From positions 128,001 to 192,000 of the forward strand of contig CAVTET010000004.1 in the NCBI GenBank assembly GCA_963733675.1: 64,000 bases of DNA, given 5' to 3'. This document shows, one piece after another, positions 47,010 through 60,446 of this stretch (position 1 is the stretch's first letter; every line of letters starts with the position of its first letter). Origin of the DNA: an uncultured Methanosarcinaceae archaeon (GTDB taxonomy: Archaea; Halobacteriota; Methanosarcinia; Methanosarcinales; Methanosarcinaceae). The translations under genes were made by a program, and so were the position numbers. The notes beneath the pieces are model-generated. The model was not told the origin of the DNA. It made no database searches and saw nothing but the letters and a program-made list of their open reading frames with translations.

Positions 47010-49505
47010 ATCTAGATTCTTTTGCCGTTGTGACCAATTTTAATGTGGAATCTGCCAGAAGCAATATTATTGAGTTTATCCAAAAAGACATTCTGCTTCA
47101 ATCGCTAAGAATTATTAGGATCTCTGTCATAATTAAAACCTCTATTAGTCACTTACAATGCAAGATTCTAAAAGCAAATTTTGAGTTTTTGGTGAAGAGG
47201 ATCTTGTCCAATAAGCTAGTTGATACTTTCATCTAAGAATTTATTTTGTAAACAGTTACTCGATTTCTAACCTAATCTGCATGTTGGAAGCCAAAGACGA
47301 CACCTCATAGAAAATTGAATGCAGAGGTAGAGTATGTGACTTTTTTGGGTAAGCGTCGCCTAATCATTGATAGACTACCAGTTTTAGTATCAGCTCATTA
47401 ATATAAAAGATAATAGAATATATTGAAAATAGTTAATTATTTTCATGGGCAATAAATGGGGTCTTTGTTCATAAATTATTGAAAATGGTGAATATTAGAC
47501 TGTATTTACGTTATTTCAAAAGGTGAAAAATATACTCGTTTTTCAGATTTTAGCACTTCACTAGCTCAGGCTGGATGATCTCAAGACCATCACTACTTAT
47601 TTTCACCTTCTTAAACGATGATGTCCAAAATAGCTGTATCTTTCATCCGCAAATATATATTAACATAATATATAATCAACTTCCCACAAGTACACACAAA
47701 AATGCCATCCATTTTCTTAATATGGCAGTAGCTTAAAAACGAACATGAAATTCTTCAAATAATAGGCACAAACAGCGGAAAATATATTCCACTTTACTTT
47801 TTTGACTATTAATTTCATCATTACCTTGGGCAGGAAGATTATTCAAATTCTGTTTTTCACAACTGCCTGAAAACTAAGAAGTGAATGACCATGAAGCCTC
47901 AAATGTGACTTTGATTACGGATATTAAATTGATCTTTTAGGCAATTCCAGAATAAATAGATTAAGTGACCTAAATTGTCAAAAATAGTAAACAAATCTCG
48001 TGGTTCAGACATTCATAAACATTTTTTCATTGCTACCTCTTCAGGTATATTAGGTGAAAAATAATAAAATGTTTCGATGGAGGTGATATTGGAATTTTAG
48101 CTTTTAAAGGTTGGAGAATATCTGAAAAATGTTATGCCTTTGCATGTGAATCAACAAGTGATTTATTAAATTTTTATTTATTGCTCCTTCCATATAGCAT
48201 CTACGTTTTATAATTGGAAATAAATGAAATCTGAAAACATTTTGTTCCTAAAAAGAAAAATAAAATAGATTCAAAATTAATTTCGCAACTTACACTTAAT
48301 AATATAACCCAGCTATCAAAAGTTTTTGCAAAATATCATAGCATATTTCGTTCATGCATTTGGCTTCACGAAAAACAGGACGAAAAAATGGCATGTATAA
48401 TAACTGAAGCTCATACTATTCTTTCCTCTGAAATGTTTAATCGAAACGGTGTGCTTATAGATATTTTTGGGAAAAACGATATCTTAGTCGGTAAGGAATT
48501 TATTTAGGGAAGACAGTCAATTAAGATGATAAAAAACCTTTCACCAAATGTTCGTAAAAGAAATGTTTAGATAAGAGAAATTTTGAGGCCATAAAAAAAT
48601 CTCAAAATGCGGTAGTAGGCTTTAGAAGTATCTATTGCGTCAAAATAAAAATAGAATAATTGGTAGGCTAAATATTTAAGATCATTTTATACAGTTAAGA
48701 CTGATTACAGTTACTGAAAACCGAAACAAATTTAATTTAGACAATTCCAAAAGATGTTCAAAAGTCTCATATTCAAACTTCTGACTTAAAAAGAAGCTTA
48801 TTAGTTATTTAGCTACCCAAAATCAGTCTAGTAATATTTCATTTAGTTTAAAAAATGTGCAATTGTCAATCCATTCAAAAATATAAAACAAAATCAATAA
48901 TCAACAATTAAAGAGACTGATTTTGAAAACACTTGGCCATAATAAGTTAAATAAGATGGATAATAATGCTTTTTCTCAAGCTGAATAATTAAGAAGTATA
49001 TTTTATTTCATTTTAATTATCACAAAAATTTAATAAATCAAGTAAGCATACTTAATATAGATACTTTATTATTTTCTGGGCTTTCGATTGATTAGAGTCA
49101 TTTAATTTTGGAAATAATTATCATTTTCGATTATCCCAGAAGATACTAAAAGTCTCTAAATTAAGACAAATTCGCAATCCAATTTAATCCGTTTAATGTG
49201 GATATTGGATTGATATAGAGGAGGGACAGAAGAGAGAGATTACTAACACTAAGAATTGGCTAGTTGGTGCTCAAAGATTTATATATTACAAATTAGGCAT
49301 CAAAAAAGTATAATTTGCTAGCTATGAAAGGATCAGAGGGTCCTTATTTAAGTCCCAGCGAAAAAGGGAATTGTCAAAAGCAATTTAAATAAGACCTTAA
49401 AAATGGGAATCCTTTGAAGATTAACTAGATTCTTGAAAATGAGATTGAAATCTAAAATAAAAGAATTTTTTTCCAAAGCTGAAAGCTGATTGAGGAGTTG
49501 AATCT

Positions 49506-49625
49506 ATGACAGAAAAAAAGAAGGAAGAACCAAAGAAAGAAGAAGAAACTAAAGTAGAGCCCATACACCCCTCTGAAAAAGAAAGGGGCGGTAAAAAGAA
49601 GGGGCTTCTAGATACTTGTAAGTGA
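49506..49625 (+). CDS. Possible 39-aa charged small protein
   Basis: GAGGAG RBS, then MTEKKKEEPKKEEETKVEPIHPSEKERGGKKKGLLDTCK*. Confidence 0.45.
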   Translation: MTEKKKEEPKKEEETKVEPIHPSEKERGGKKKGLLDTCK

Positions 49626-49784
49626 ATAAGCTCCTATTTAGTAGTGGGGATGAGTATGTAATCAACTCAGAAAAAAATGAGCTCGCCCTTGTTTGGAAAA
49701 TATACAGAGACTCATATGCGTATAGTATTCAGCAACTCACCTCACAATCTGAAAGTCAAACCGAATATTTATGATTTAAAATAC

Positions 49785-49875
49785 AGAGGATTTCGAAAAA
49801 CCCCTAAATTTCATCATATGCTTACAAATAGTATATGGATGACTCATGAAAATCGGAGGTTTCTCAAAATCCTCT
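49785..49875. mobile_element. ~91-bp MITE-like dispersed repeat (best-preserved copy)
   Basis: TIRs AGAGGATTTCGAAAAACC / GGTTTCTCAAAATCCTCT (16/18); related copies near 20142, 51163, 54446, 54893, 55242, 58566, 63152. Confidence 0.75.
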
Positions 49876-50559
49876 ACAATAAACTAATGAATCAATTTTT
49901 TTTGAAAATAAATTTGTGGTAATTCTGGAAGAAATCTTTTCTTTCTCCCGAAGTCATATAAGAGAAAGCAGTTAGCACATCCTCTCTCCAAAAAAAGAGC
50001 TTAAAAGTATTTCTTTACTCTGCTAAGGTAAATCTACTCTTTTTAAGGTTTCAGCTGAGTAATTGCATAAGAGTTGGTTATTGAGTTAGGAAAGAAATTT
50101 GACTTTCTCTAACGCAACTTTTCAAAATCTCCCTGATATAAATGAAGATTTTTATAAAAAATAACTAGCCTATAGCATTAAATTTCGGTGTCTTAGAAGG
50201 ATAGGAGTATGAGTTTGTCTGAAGCAAGCATCAATACTCTGTTCCTAATATTATGTGAATATCTATGGACAATCCCACTTCCTGTAGATGTCACAAGAAT
50301 TCCACTTATTTTCTCAATATGACAGTAGATTAAAAATTGATTTAACTTTGCAAATATTTCACTTCGGAAAAACAGTGTCATTGACCATTTTTACTAAGAT
50401 TCAATGAGTCGATTTCAGTGAGCTGATTTTAAATAACTATAGTCTATTGATTATGTTTTCTTTCCCCATCAATTAATACTCAGAAGTGCCTATTGCATCA
50501 AAATAGATACAACAAACTTATTTTAGGTAGGCTATAATAGTATGATATTTGATTGGCAA

Positions 50560-50900
50560 AGTTGTTTATTTGATCCACTTTTTTATTTGTTGCAAAAAAG
50601 ATGTATTTTTGCACTGATCCAACATTGCAACAATATTGAAAATTGGTTCGCCATCCTCAAACTTATATTCACATACATTAAAAGTATTTTCAGTTACCTC
50701 AATGTGCTTTTCAAGAATTCCTTAATCCTATTTTTGGATTTAGCTTCGATTACATATTCTAGCCTTCCCTCATCTTTTTTTGAGAGAACTCTCTGTCAAA
50801 AAATATCTATCCATATATAAAGGTTTCCAGCTTTACTCTCATTATTTCAATCCTTTAAAATAGGCATTTTCCGAAGGGGGCAAGTATTCTTTGCCTAAAT
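50560..50900 (-). pseudogene. Possible ISH3-like transposase fragment
   Basis: Broken frames give YMDRYF...YVIEAKSKNRIK...YIFFATNKK. Confidence 0.4.
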
Positions 50901-51162
50901 AATTTAATACTTATGGAATGCTTAGAGTCACTAATCCAACGGCCTTTGTTAAGGGCTGAAGGGACCCCTTGAATCTTTTTATTTTTGTTTAACCCTCAAA
51001 ATCATCGGCTTATTTGTAAAATGAGTTTATTTTTGTCACCATGTCAGAAGTGGTTTCAAATACCTCTAACCAGTAGTGATACACATTGAAATTAAAAAAC
51101 TTTATCATAGCTACAGTCAGATCACCTATAACATAGCATTGGTGCCTAACTGTCGATACAAT

Positions 51163-51720
51163 ATAGAAAATTTTGATAAACTTCGATTTTAACGAGTCAT
51201 ATATATACAAATTCTAAGAATAGGACAAAATTAATGGTTTCTCGAAATCCTCGAGATATCATATTGTTTTTTTTGCATGAATTATCGTGAAAAACTTCAT
51301 TTAGGCAATGATATAATCAACGATTTTGAAATATATTCGCTTTAAAATGGTAAGAGATATCTTTTTGAGTTCGATGTAATCTCTACTGATGATGATCATT
51401 TACATCTTTTCATTGGTGCTGAACTAAAAGATTCTCTTTCAATAGTGATGCAGATTATAAAAAGTACCATAGCAAGAAAAGTTGTTAAAGAATACTATGA
51501 GATTAAAAAGCAGTTGTATTTGATAGGCTTTGGAGCGATTGATGTCACATTGAAACCGTAAGTGATGCTATAACTTCAGATGTACCTAAAAATGACGTTC
51601 AAAACTAGGGCAAGCAGAAAGAAAAAGAAGTATATTAAGTAAATGAGAATATTTTATTTTGAATAATTTCCACATATCCAGAGCAAGTGAGCTACTAAAT
51701 CCATTGCTTGCAACGGAGCC
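51163..51720 (+). mobile_element. Degenerate IS200 tnpA relic fused to the 91-bp MITE
   Basis: RYHIVF..., DDDHLHLFIGAE...VMQIIKSTIARK (HUH motif). Confidence 0.7.
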
Positions 51721-51811
51721 GGATACCGAAATTTGAAGTAGGATTATAATATTTAGTTTATGTAACTTACTGGGAAAAGTTGAAAATAATCCATTGTTTA
51801 TAAAAAATTAA

Positions 51812-52444
51812 TTATGTAATATCCTCTTCGTCCCCTGCATCAAATTCCTTGTAACTGTCGCTTCCTACCATTGCGGCCGAGATAGAATCAATGCCATCAA
51901 GCCATTCCGCAACAATACCATAAGGAAGTTCAGCCATAACATTTTCGGGCAAGCTTTTCCCTTTGAGCACAAGTGCACCACATTGTGCAGTATAATCAAG
52001 AGCAAGTTCAAGGTTGTCGGAGGCTTCAGCCTCAACGGCTGCTTTTACCAGTTCCTCGATATTTGCTCCTTCTTCATAGTCACCCATAATATAACATTCA
52101 AAAGCGACAAGCGTCCCCATAAGAGAGGTCTGGATCGAGTCAATCATAAGATCGATATCTTCGGAAATTGGTTCTACCTCGGAAAGTACTATGTCCCTGA
52201 TTTCCTTCAGAATTTGTAGAGCTTGTTCTCTTAAGACAATACCTTTTTCAAAGCGAGCAGTCAATTTTAGGCAAGCTAGGATAACATCATCGACCATATT
52301 CACAAATATGGCACTTTCTTTTCCGGCTTCGTCTTCCGTTTCCTTTATCTGGAAACCGCTCTCTTTTGCCCGTCCGAGCCAGTTTTCCCAGCGCTTTTGG
52401 GTGTAGAATTCATAGGGGACCTGGTTCATTTCCTGTTCAGGCAC
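51812..52444 (-). CDS. DUF2150 family archaeal protein
   Basis: FYTQKRWENWL N-terminus; conserved methanogen neighbourhood. Confidence 0.75.
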   Translation of the reverse strand: MPEQEMNQVPYEFYTQKRWENWLGRAKESGFQIKETEDEAGKESAIFVNMVDDVILACLKLTARFEKGIVLREQALQILKEIRDIVLSEVEPISEDIDLMIDSIQTSLMGTLVAFECYIMGDYEEGANIEELVKAAVEAEASDNLELALDYTAQCGALVLKGKSLPENVMAELPYGIVAEWLDGIDSISAAMVGSDSYKEFDAGDEEDIT

Positions 52445-52523
52445 TTATAACACCGCTTCAACCTTTTTATTTATTATTAATAAGTAATCAATCCTACTAT
52501 TACTAAAGTGTGTCCATCTACAT

Positions 52524-52973
52524 TTACCAGGCTAATTTCACTTTTTTAAGAGAATAGCCGGTTTCACACTTAGAGTCAAGGCTTTCAAGCACCTCTACAA
52601 TTTTACATTTGTCTCCTCTTGAAAGTCCTTCAGGATGACATATCGCATACATGCTGCACTCCTTCTTATCGCATTTTGGAATCTCATAACCAATTTTTGC
52701 TCCGTCGACTGCTTTTCTTGATTCTATTGTAGTCAATATAGGAGCCCTGCTCACGTCCACAGCAAGTACCCCGTTATCATGCAGGAAACATTCATGGATA
52801 TCGTTGCTTCTTACTCTTTCTATCCTGTACCTACGTCCAGGTTCAAGGTTAAGGCAGGTGTTCTTTAGCCGACATTTTTTGCATTCAGGCATTTCACCTT
52901 TGAATATGAATTCCAGCCCTTCCCTTGCAAGCCGTGATCCGATAAGTGTAATTTTAGTATTGCTCTCTGTCAT
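52524..52973 (-). CDS. UPF0179 family protein
   Basis: ITLIGSRLAREGLEF, CKKCRLKNTC, C.LHD Cys motifs. Confidence 0.85.
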   Translation of the reverse strand: MTESNTKITLIGSRLAREGLEFIFKGEMPECKKCRLKNTCLNLEPGRRYRIERVRSNDIHECFLHDNGVLAVDVSRAPILTTIESRKAVDGAKIGYEIPKCDKKECSMYAICHPEGLSRGDKCKIVEVLESLDSKCETGYSLKKVKLAW

Positions 52974-53233
52974 AATACTCTTCCATTCAATTTTTATGGC
53001 CTGTGCCAGTTTTTGAGGGATGCCTGGAGCTTATCCCTAAATAAGTAAAATCCAATTATTTGAATCGATTTGAAATGAGATATAGATTAAAAATAAATGA
53101 CTATGGATTAATCTAATACACTTTAGAAGGGAATGATTTTCCTTAAGCTTTAAATAGACTATTCATCCAGCCTTAAATTAATGTATTTTAAACATACACT
53201 GATTTTCTGCTTCGATTGGATAAGAACAGCTTT

Positions 53234-54304
53234 TCAATTTATGACCTTTGTGATTCTTGCAACTTTTTCAGCAGCCGAGGGGGTCAGCCCTTTCCCGAGA
53301 ATTGTGTACCGCTCAGGGCGGATCTTATGTGCATGTAACAGGGCTTCGACTATATATCTGTCTTCTATGCCCAATTCTTCTGCATTTATGGGAGCACCTA
53401 TCTTTTTTAAGGCTTCCCTGATTTCCTGCCAGTTACCTCCGTGAAGGTACATCATCATGATTGTGCCGACACCACACTGTTCTCCGTGAAGCGCTGGTTT
53501 TGGGACTATCCTATCTAGGGAATGACTGAACATATGTTCCGATCCTGATGCAGGTCTTGAAGAGCCTGCAATACTCATTGCAACCCCGTTAGAGACCAGA
53601 GCCTTTACTACAAGCCTTGCAGAAATCTCATGCTCTGGCTTGATAGAGTCTGCAGACTCTATAATTACCCGAGCAGCCATGCGGGCGAGAGCTGCGGCAT
53701 ATTCTCCAAAGTACTCGTTAAGGAGTCTGCTTGCGAGTTCCCAGTCTAGAACTGCCGTATAATTTGAGATTATATCTCCACAACCAGCTGCAAGGAAATT
53801 GAATGGAGCTGCAGAAATGATTTCAGTATCTGCAATGACCGCAATTGGAGCCTTCGCTTTTATTGAAGTATTTTTTCCATTATCCACAATTGAGGCATGG
53901 GAAGACGCAATGCCATCGTGAGAAGCTGCAGTTGGAATACTGATGAAGGGTAGATCTAGCTTGGTTGATGCGAGTTTTGCAAGATCTATAGATCTGCCAC
54001 TTCCGACTCCAAGAAGAAAATTTGCTTCTGTTTCAAGAGCTCTTTCTATAACCTTGTCAACTTCTTCCATAGTAGTTCTACAAGTTCGAACTGTCTCTGC
54101 ATTGCTTCCAGTACTTCGAAGTTCATCACAAACTTTCTTGCCTGCAATGCCCCATGTAGTGCTGCCGGTTACTATTAGTGCATTTCCTGTCAATTTCAGG
54201 TCTCTGCATACATACCCAACATCCTCAATCACCCCGTGTCCGACGAGTACATCTCTGGGAAGCTGCATTAATTTCGAGCTATTTTTTTTGAAGGTCAATT
54301 TCAT
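53234..54304 (-). CDS. egsA: Glycerol-1-phosphate dehydrogenase [NAD(P)+]
   Basis: [41 protein letters not shown]. Confidence 0.95.
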   Translation of the reverse strand: MKLTFKKNSSKLMQLPRDVLVGHGVIEDVGYVCRDLKLTGNALIVTGSTTWGIAGKKVCDELRSTGSNAETVRTCRTTMEEVDKVIERALETEANFLLGVGSGRSIDLAKLASTKLDLPFISIPTAASHDGIASSHASIVDNGKNTSIKAKAPIAVIADTEIISAAPFNFLAAGCGDIISNYTAVLDWELASRLLNEYFGEYAAALARMAARVIIESADSIKPEHEISARLVVKALVSNGVAMSIAGSSRPASGSEHMFSHSLDRIVPKPALHGEQCGVGTIMMMYLHGGNWQEIREALKKIGAPINAEELGIEDRYIVEALLHAHKIRPERYTILGKGLTPSAAEKVARITKVIN

Positions 54305-56020
54305 ACCTACATCAGTATTTGATCATAATAAATGACAAATTGGGTTTTATAAGCCCGCATATATGTCATAAGTCACAAATCACGAAGATCGTTTGCTTAC
54401 TGGGATGTTAATATATATCAATCTTTATTACAGGCAGCTTAATCTAGAGGATTTTGATAAACCTCCAATTTTCACGAATAAAATATATACAATTTATAAG
54501 ATATGACAAAATTAAAGAAATCATTAAATTCGTTCTAAAAATTACTACTCTATACAACAGATTCTCTATTATTAGCGGACACCTAATTTCAGGTACTTAC
54601 CTTAATATGTTGATTTAATTCATCAACCGAATTCATGATTTACTTGAATCTAGTACACTATTCAAGATTAATTTTTTCAAAATACTTTTATTCAGAATAA
54701 AATGTGGGCCATTAGTTACTGAAAACCTGGAGAGGGGGAGATGTACTTTATTTATACTTCCCTCAAATACAAGAAATATACCAGTTTTTAAAATTGATCA
54801 ATAATTAAGAACATGATGCATAATTAATTTAGCTATTATTCTATAGGATTACTCCTAGATGTGTGATTTAAGACTCACAATTACATAGATTATAGAAAAT
54901 TTAGATAAACCCCTAGATTTTATCATATTCTTATAAACAACATATAAATGATTAGTAAAAATCAGAGGTTTATCGAGATCCTCAAATGTATTAGGATATT
55001 GCCACTTTGAATGAGTGATATATGAGTTTTTTAATAAGATAATATTAGTACCTATTATCTCGACTCGCATAAGGACTCATGAAGGATATAATCCTATAAA
55101 CAAGTTTATTTGGCCAATATTATTGAGGATTGCGTATTATGGATTTTCAGGTTTGTCGAGAATCTGGAGGTGGAAATCATATCTAGCTTTATTGTTTCTG
55201 TACTGCCTTTCATATTTGGAGGCTTTTATCCCTATATTTTTAAGAGGACCTGATAAACTCCTAAATTTTGTCATATGTATATAAGAGACATATAAATAAT
55301 TCGTGAAAGTCAGATATTTATTGAAATAATCTTAAAGATTTTCCGACAGGTATTTCTCAGCAACCATTGGCACATATGTTTATAAATTCCACATTTACTT
55401 CATGGTCTATGCAATAACTATAGACTGCTCTAGCTCTCAATCAGCCGGAGAAAGCAAAGTTGGGAAAGGATTTATATCTCATGTTTGTAGACATAGAACT
55501 ATTATAATTTTTTTGAAGACCCTATTCTCTTGATGCACTTCTAGAGAGTTGTGGCCACTCAAATCTCCTTATTTATACTAGGAGCACAAATAGGATTGAC
55601 ATCTTCCATTACCTGGTTATCTATAGTTTTCAAATCTTCGATATTTATAGCCCCTCTTTAATCTCTACATCCTGCTAGGCATAAGATGGATGATTCCTCG
55701 ACGTATATAGGAGTAGATACATTAGGATACTATGAAAAAGATGTAGTAACTCAATACTTCATCCAGTTAACTGACACAGTATTGGTTATGTATCCATTGA
55801 AGTTTATTATCCGCATAGAAATTTTTTATTTGATTGACGTTCACTTTGAAGATAATAGTAATATTCACCCATGAAAACGTTAATCATAATGATTTTTTTT
55901 ATCCGTGGGTTTTCTCCTTCGACCCGGAATGAAATCAGAATGATACTGGGAATCTGATATTAAATTGGATATACTGATACATGTGTTTTAATTTAAGATT
56001 AAAAGATACAAATATTTCTG

Positions 56021-56776
56021 GTGAGAATAAGTATGGGAAGAGAAGAAGATTATGGCATGCGTAGTGAAGGGGAAGTAGTACAAATCGAAACCCTGGACGA
56101 AAGGATGGAAAATAGAAGATATGTTGGGGAAAAAAAAGATTCTTATACCGCTAAAACGGAAGCAAATACCTTTCAAGTTGGCAGAAACAACTCAAAAAAA
56201 GACGAGTTTATTGGATACATGACCATGCTATGGCCGTATCTGGTTATTATAATCGTTGTATTTTTCGGATCTTTACTCATGGGTTATGCTTCAGCAGCAA
56301 GTTTCCCTCATATGGCCGATAACCTGATGAAAGAGTTTAGTTCTCGCTTCGCGCCACTCCTGACACTGAGCCCCATCTACATATTGATCACGATCTTCCT
56401 TAATAATACCTTTGTGAGCCTAGTTTCCCTGATACTCGGGATAGCTGTAGGAATTTTCCCCATACTATTTATCGCTTCAAATGGATATTTTGTTGGAATG
56501 ATCTCGTACCTGGTAGGTCAGCAAAAGGGCTTTGTCTTTATTCTCCTTGCTCTTCTCCCTCACGGAGTAGTAGAGCTGCCTACGGTCTTCCTATCTGCAA
56601 GCATAGGGCTTCGGCTTGGGCACCATGTGTTTCTCTCTCTTATAGGCAGACCGACCGAGGTCAGAGAGGAAATTAAGAACGGGCTCAAGTTCTATTTCAG
56701 CTTGATCATGCCCTTCCTTTTCATTGCAGCAATTATTGAAACTTTTATTACGCCTCGCATCCTAAGTATTATTTAA
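56021..56776 (+). CDS. SpoIIM-like (DUF95) membrane protein; true start uncertain
   Basis: IFLNN, LLPHGVVELP, AAIIETFITP. Confidence 0.85.
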   Translation: MRISMGREEDYGMRSEGEVVQIETLDERMENRRYVGEKKDSYTAKTEANTFQVGRNNSKKDEFIGYMTMLWPYLVIIIVVFFGSLLMGYASAASFPHMADNLMKEFSSRFAPLLTLSPIYILITIFLNNTFVSLVSLILGIAVGIFPILFIASNGYFVGMISYLVGQQKGFVFILLALLPHGVVELPTVFLSASIGLRLGHHVFLSLIGRPTEVREEIKNGLKFYFSLIMPFLFIAAIIETFITPRILSII

Positions 56777-57167
56777 AGAGCCTTGAAGGGTATGGATATC
56801 ACTGGAAAGGATCAGAGTATTTATTCTGGCCTACCCCCTATTATATAAATGATTACTGCTATTAGAAAGAGTTTTAATGGGTAAAGCTGTAAGGGAATTT
56901 TCATGAGTTATTGATAAAATCTGGAAAACGAGTATAAATATAATCCTATTGAAAAAATATCTAGAGTGTCTTATGGTTTGTGATTTTTTACAATTCACAG
57001 ATACTATCAGCTGTTAATTGAAAATAAATCTCTTCGAACTTCTATTTGATAAACTTCGCAGTAATTACTAGAATATGCAAGTCGAGAAATTTCCACTAGA
57101 GTATTAAGTTTGAGAAATGCTCATCATCATCCATTGGAAGAAATTTCCAAAGCTGAGGATTAGATAC

Positions 57168-58331
57168 ATGATTGACAGGAAAGAGATTAAGGAAATTGTT
57201 GAAGGTTACTATACATATGCTGATAAGATAAAAATAGGAACTATAGCATCTCACTCAGGACTCGATATCTGCGACGGGGCAATTGAAGAGGAATTCAGAA
57301 CTCTTGAAGTATGCCAAGCTGGTAGGGAAAAGACCTACAGCAAATATTTTAGATCCCAGAGAGACTCTCATGGGAAATTAAAACGGGGAATCATTGACGA
57401 GACAATTGTTTTTAATAAGTATGATGAGATCCTTCTGCCCGAAAACCAAAAAAAACTGGTTGAAGAGAATGTACTCTTTGTTCCCAACAGATCTTTCACC
57501 TCTTACTGTAATATAGATGAGATAGAGGAGAACTTCAGGGTACCTCTTGTAGGAAGCCGAAATCTCCTTCGGAGCGAAGAACGTAATGAGCTGCGTAGTT
57601 ATTACTGGATTCTGGAAAAAGCAGGTTTACCCTTCCCAGAAAAAATAGAGTCACCTAAGGATATTAACGAATTGGTAATAGTTAAGCTTCCACATGCAGT
57701 AAAAACACAGGAAAGAGGGTTTTTTACTGCTTCAAACTACGAGGAATACCTGGATAAATCCAAAACCCTCCTTAAGCAGGGGATCATTAAACGGGAAGCA
57801 CTTGAAAAAGCCAGAATAGAGCGGTATATCATAGGCCCTGTATTTAACCTTGACTTTTTTTACTCTCCAATAGAGCCTGAAATGAGCAATCTGGAACTTC
57901 TTGGCGTTGACTGGCGCTTTGAGACAAGCCTTGACGGACATGTAAGGCTTCCTGCCCCGCAACAAATTTCCCTAGTCAAACATCAGCTAACTCCTGAATA
58001 CACGGTATGCGGGCACAACTCTGCAACACTTCGGGAGTCTCTTCTCGAAAAAGTGTTTGAAATGGGAGAAAAGTATGTAATGGCTACCCAGGAACATTAT
58101 GCTCCAGGAATTATAGGACCTTTCTGTCTGCAAACCTGTGTGGACAAGGACCTGAATTTCTATATTTACGATGTAGCCCCAAGAGTGGGAGGTGGAACAA
58201 ATGTGCACATGTCAGTTGGGCATTCTTACGGTAACTCACTCTGGAGGAGACCAATGAGTACGGGAAGAAGATTAGCCTTTGAGATCAGGCGTGCTCTGGA
58301 ACTCGAGAAACTCGAAATGATAGTCACATAA
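57168..58331 (+). CDS. purP: PurP-family AICAR formyltransferase (ATP-grasp)
   Basis: IASHSGLDICDGA, VPNRSF, GIIGPFCLQ, DVAPRVGGGTN. Confidence 0.9.
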   Translation: MIDRKEIKEIVEGYYTYADKIKIGTIASHSGLDICDGAIEEEFRTLEVCQAGREKTYSKYFRSQRDSHGKLKRGIIDETIVFNKYDEILLPENQKKLVEENVLFVPNRSFTSYCNIDEIEENFRVPLVGSRNLLRSEERNELRSYYWILEKAGLPFPEKIESPKDINELVIVKLPHAVKTQERGFFTASNYEEYLDKSKTLLKQGIIKREALEKARIERYIIGPVFNLDFFYSPIEPEMSNLELLGVDWRFETSLDGHVRLPAPQQISLVKHQLTPEYTVCGHNSATLRESLLEKVFEMGEKYVMATQEHYAPGIIGPFCLQTCVDKDLNFYIYDVAPRVGGGTNVHMSVGHSYGNSLWRRPMSTGRRLAFEIRRALELEKLEMIVT

Positions 58332-58797
58332 ATATATAAAGGCTTTCCGGCATTAGTAGATATATAATTATGCAGCATATTATAAACTTTAGAATTATCG
58401 TCTGAATCTGCAAAATTCATGTCGCGAAAAAAATATAATGAAATAACTTGCCCGAATTTTCGATTATGAAAATTCAGAATCTACCCACGGATCAGAAATG
58501 GATTCCAAGTTAATTTTTAAGCCAACATCCAGCGAAAATCCCGGTTTAAAATACAATTATACTATATAGGATTTTGATAACCCTCTGAGTTTCACGAGTT
58601 ATTTATTTACCATTTGTGATCAATGACCAAATTCAGGGGTTTATCTAAATTCTCTATAAATTGCAGGCCAGATGAGTTTAGATTTGGGATTTGCGGACCC
58701 TCTTAAAAAAACAATGTAAAATTCTTATGGCACATATTTCAGATCAAATACCTGTCTTATATCGGATTAGCTTCATTTTACTGGAGGAAATTACAAC

Positions 58798-60024
58798 TTG
58801 AGTCAGCCCTGTGTTAATATCGGCATGGTAGGACATGTCGACCATGGAAAAACCACGCTTGTTAAAGCCTTATCAGGCGTCTGGACAGATACGCATAGTG
58901 AAGAAGTAAAAAGAGGAATTTCTATCAGGCTGGGGTATGCAGACTCACCATTTATGAAGTGTCCTAAATGCCTTGAGCCTTATTGTTACACTGTGGAAAA
59001 GACTTGTCCTAACTGCGGTGAAAAAACGGTAGAACATCGGACAGTGTCTTTTGTAGATGCTCCAGGACACGAAACCCTGATGGCAACCATGCTCTCAGGA
59101 GCTGCAATTATGGATGGTGCAGTGCTGGTAATTGCTGCAAATGAAGATTGCCCACAGCCACAGACAAAGGAACATTTGATGGCCCTGGATATAATAGGGA
59201 TTGAAAATATCGTAATAGTGCAAAATAAAATTGATCTTGTATCCAAAGAACGTCTTATGGAGCACTACAATCAGATAAAGGAGTTTGTCAAAGGAACGGT
59301 GGCCGAAAAAGCACCTATAATACCTATCTCTGCTCAACAGAATATCAACATTGATGTCCTGATCGACGCTCTAAAAACCCAAATTCCGACTCCTGTCCAC
59401 AAAATGGATAAGCCTGCAAGCATGCTGATTGCGCGGTCTTTTGACATCAACAAGCCGGGGGCTTCAATCGACGAAATTTATGGAGGAGTCATTGGAGGCA
59501 CCTTGACAGATGGTGTACTTCATCCTGGGGACGAACTCGAGATAAGGCCTGGAATTAAGGTTACAACCGAAGGAAGTACCAGATGGATTCCCATCTTAAC
59601 AGTTGTTTCATCTATCTATGCAGGAGCAAAAAAAGTAGAAGAAGCAACTCCAGGAGGTCTTCTGGCTGTTGGAACTTATCTTGATCCTACCCTTACGAAA
59701 GGTGATTCTTTAACAGGACAGATTGCAGGCGCACCAGGTACACTTCCAGATACTAGACACCAGTTTGTTATGGAATTACACTTGCTTGAGAGGGTTGTTG
59801 GAGTTACAAGAGAAGAAAAAATCAATGAAATTAAGACCAGCGAACCCCTTATGCTCAACATAGGAACCGCAACGACTGTAGGAGTAGTCACAAGTGCTAG
59901 GAAAAATGAAGCACAAGTAGCACTTAAACGTCCGATAAGTGCAGCCATTGGGGCACGGGTTGCTATTAGCAGGAGAATTGATTCTCGCTGGCGGCTCATT
60001 GGAGTAGGGGTAATTAAAAGTTGA
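58798..60024 (+). CDS. eif2g: Translation initiation factor 2 subunit gamma
   Basis: [34 protein letters not shown]. Confidence 0.97.
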   Translation: MSQPCVNIGMVGHVDHGKTTLVKALSGVWTDTHSEEVKRGISIRLGYADSPFMKCPKCLEPYCYTVEKTCPNCGEKTVEHRTVSFVDAPGHETLMATMLSGAAIMDGAVLVIAANEDCPQPQTKEHLMALDIIGIENIVIVQNKIDLVSKERLMEHYNQIKEFVKGTVAEKAPIIPISAQQNINIDVLIDALKTQIPTPVHKMDKPASMLIARSFDINKPGASIDEIYGGVIGGTLTDGVLHPGDELEIRPGIKVTTEGSTRWIPILTVVSSIYAGAKKVEEATPGGLLAVGTYLDPTLTKGDSLTGQIAGAPGTLPDTRHQFVMELHLLERVVGVTREEKINEIKTSEPLMLNIGTATTVGVVTSARKNEAQVALKRPISAAIGARVAISRRIDSRWRLIGVGVIKS

Positions 60025-60386
60025 AAATCATAATTGACACTAATGGATTCATGGTCCCAATCCAATTCGGAGTAGATATTTTCGAAGAACTTAATAGGCT
60101 GGGGTTTAACGAATTTTGTGTGCCCGAAGCTGTAATATTCGAGATAGAAAGACTGATAAAGCGGGAAAAAGGTTCGGACAGAACAGCCGCAAAAGTCGCC
60201 AGGTCCATGATGGGGAGATGCGAGCGAATAGTTGCTACAGGGTCTGCAGATGATGTGATTCTAAGGCTAGCAAAGAATATGGGAGCCGCTGTTCTGACAA
60301 ACGATAGAGAATTGAAGCGAAGGCTTGCAGATAATAGGATACAGACTGTTTCCATGCGTCAGAAAAACAAGCTGGACATCGTATAA
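60021..60386 (+). CDS. PIN-domain (Fcf1-like) protein
   Basis: [20 protein letters not shown]; conserved position after aIF2g. Confidence 0.88.
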   Translation: MKIIIDTNGFMVPIQFGVDIFEELNRLGFNEFCVPEAVIFEIERLIKREKGSDRTAAKVARSMMGRCERIVATGSADDVILRLAKNMGAAVLTNDRELKRRLADNRIQTVSMRQKNKLDIV

Positions 60387-60446
60387 AGAGCCACCATTTT
60401 TTTTAAGGTAGTATTGTAATTGATTGTGTTTAAAGGTGATTAACAT

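Noticed and set aside
47010-49500. 2.5 kb ORF-poor stretch as a possible ncRNA or hidden gene
   Set aside because: Only broken, unassignable reading frames; no tRNA, rRNA or stable structure recognised
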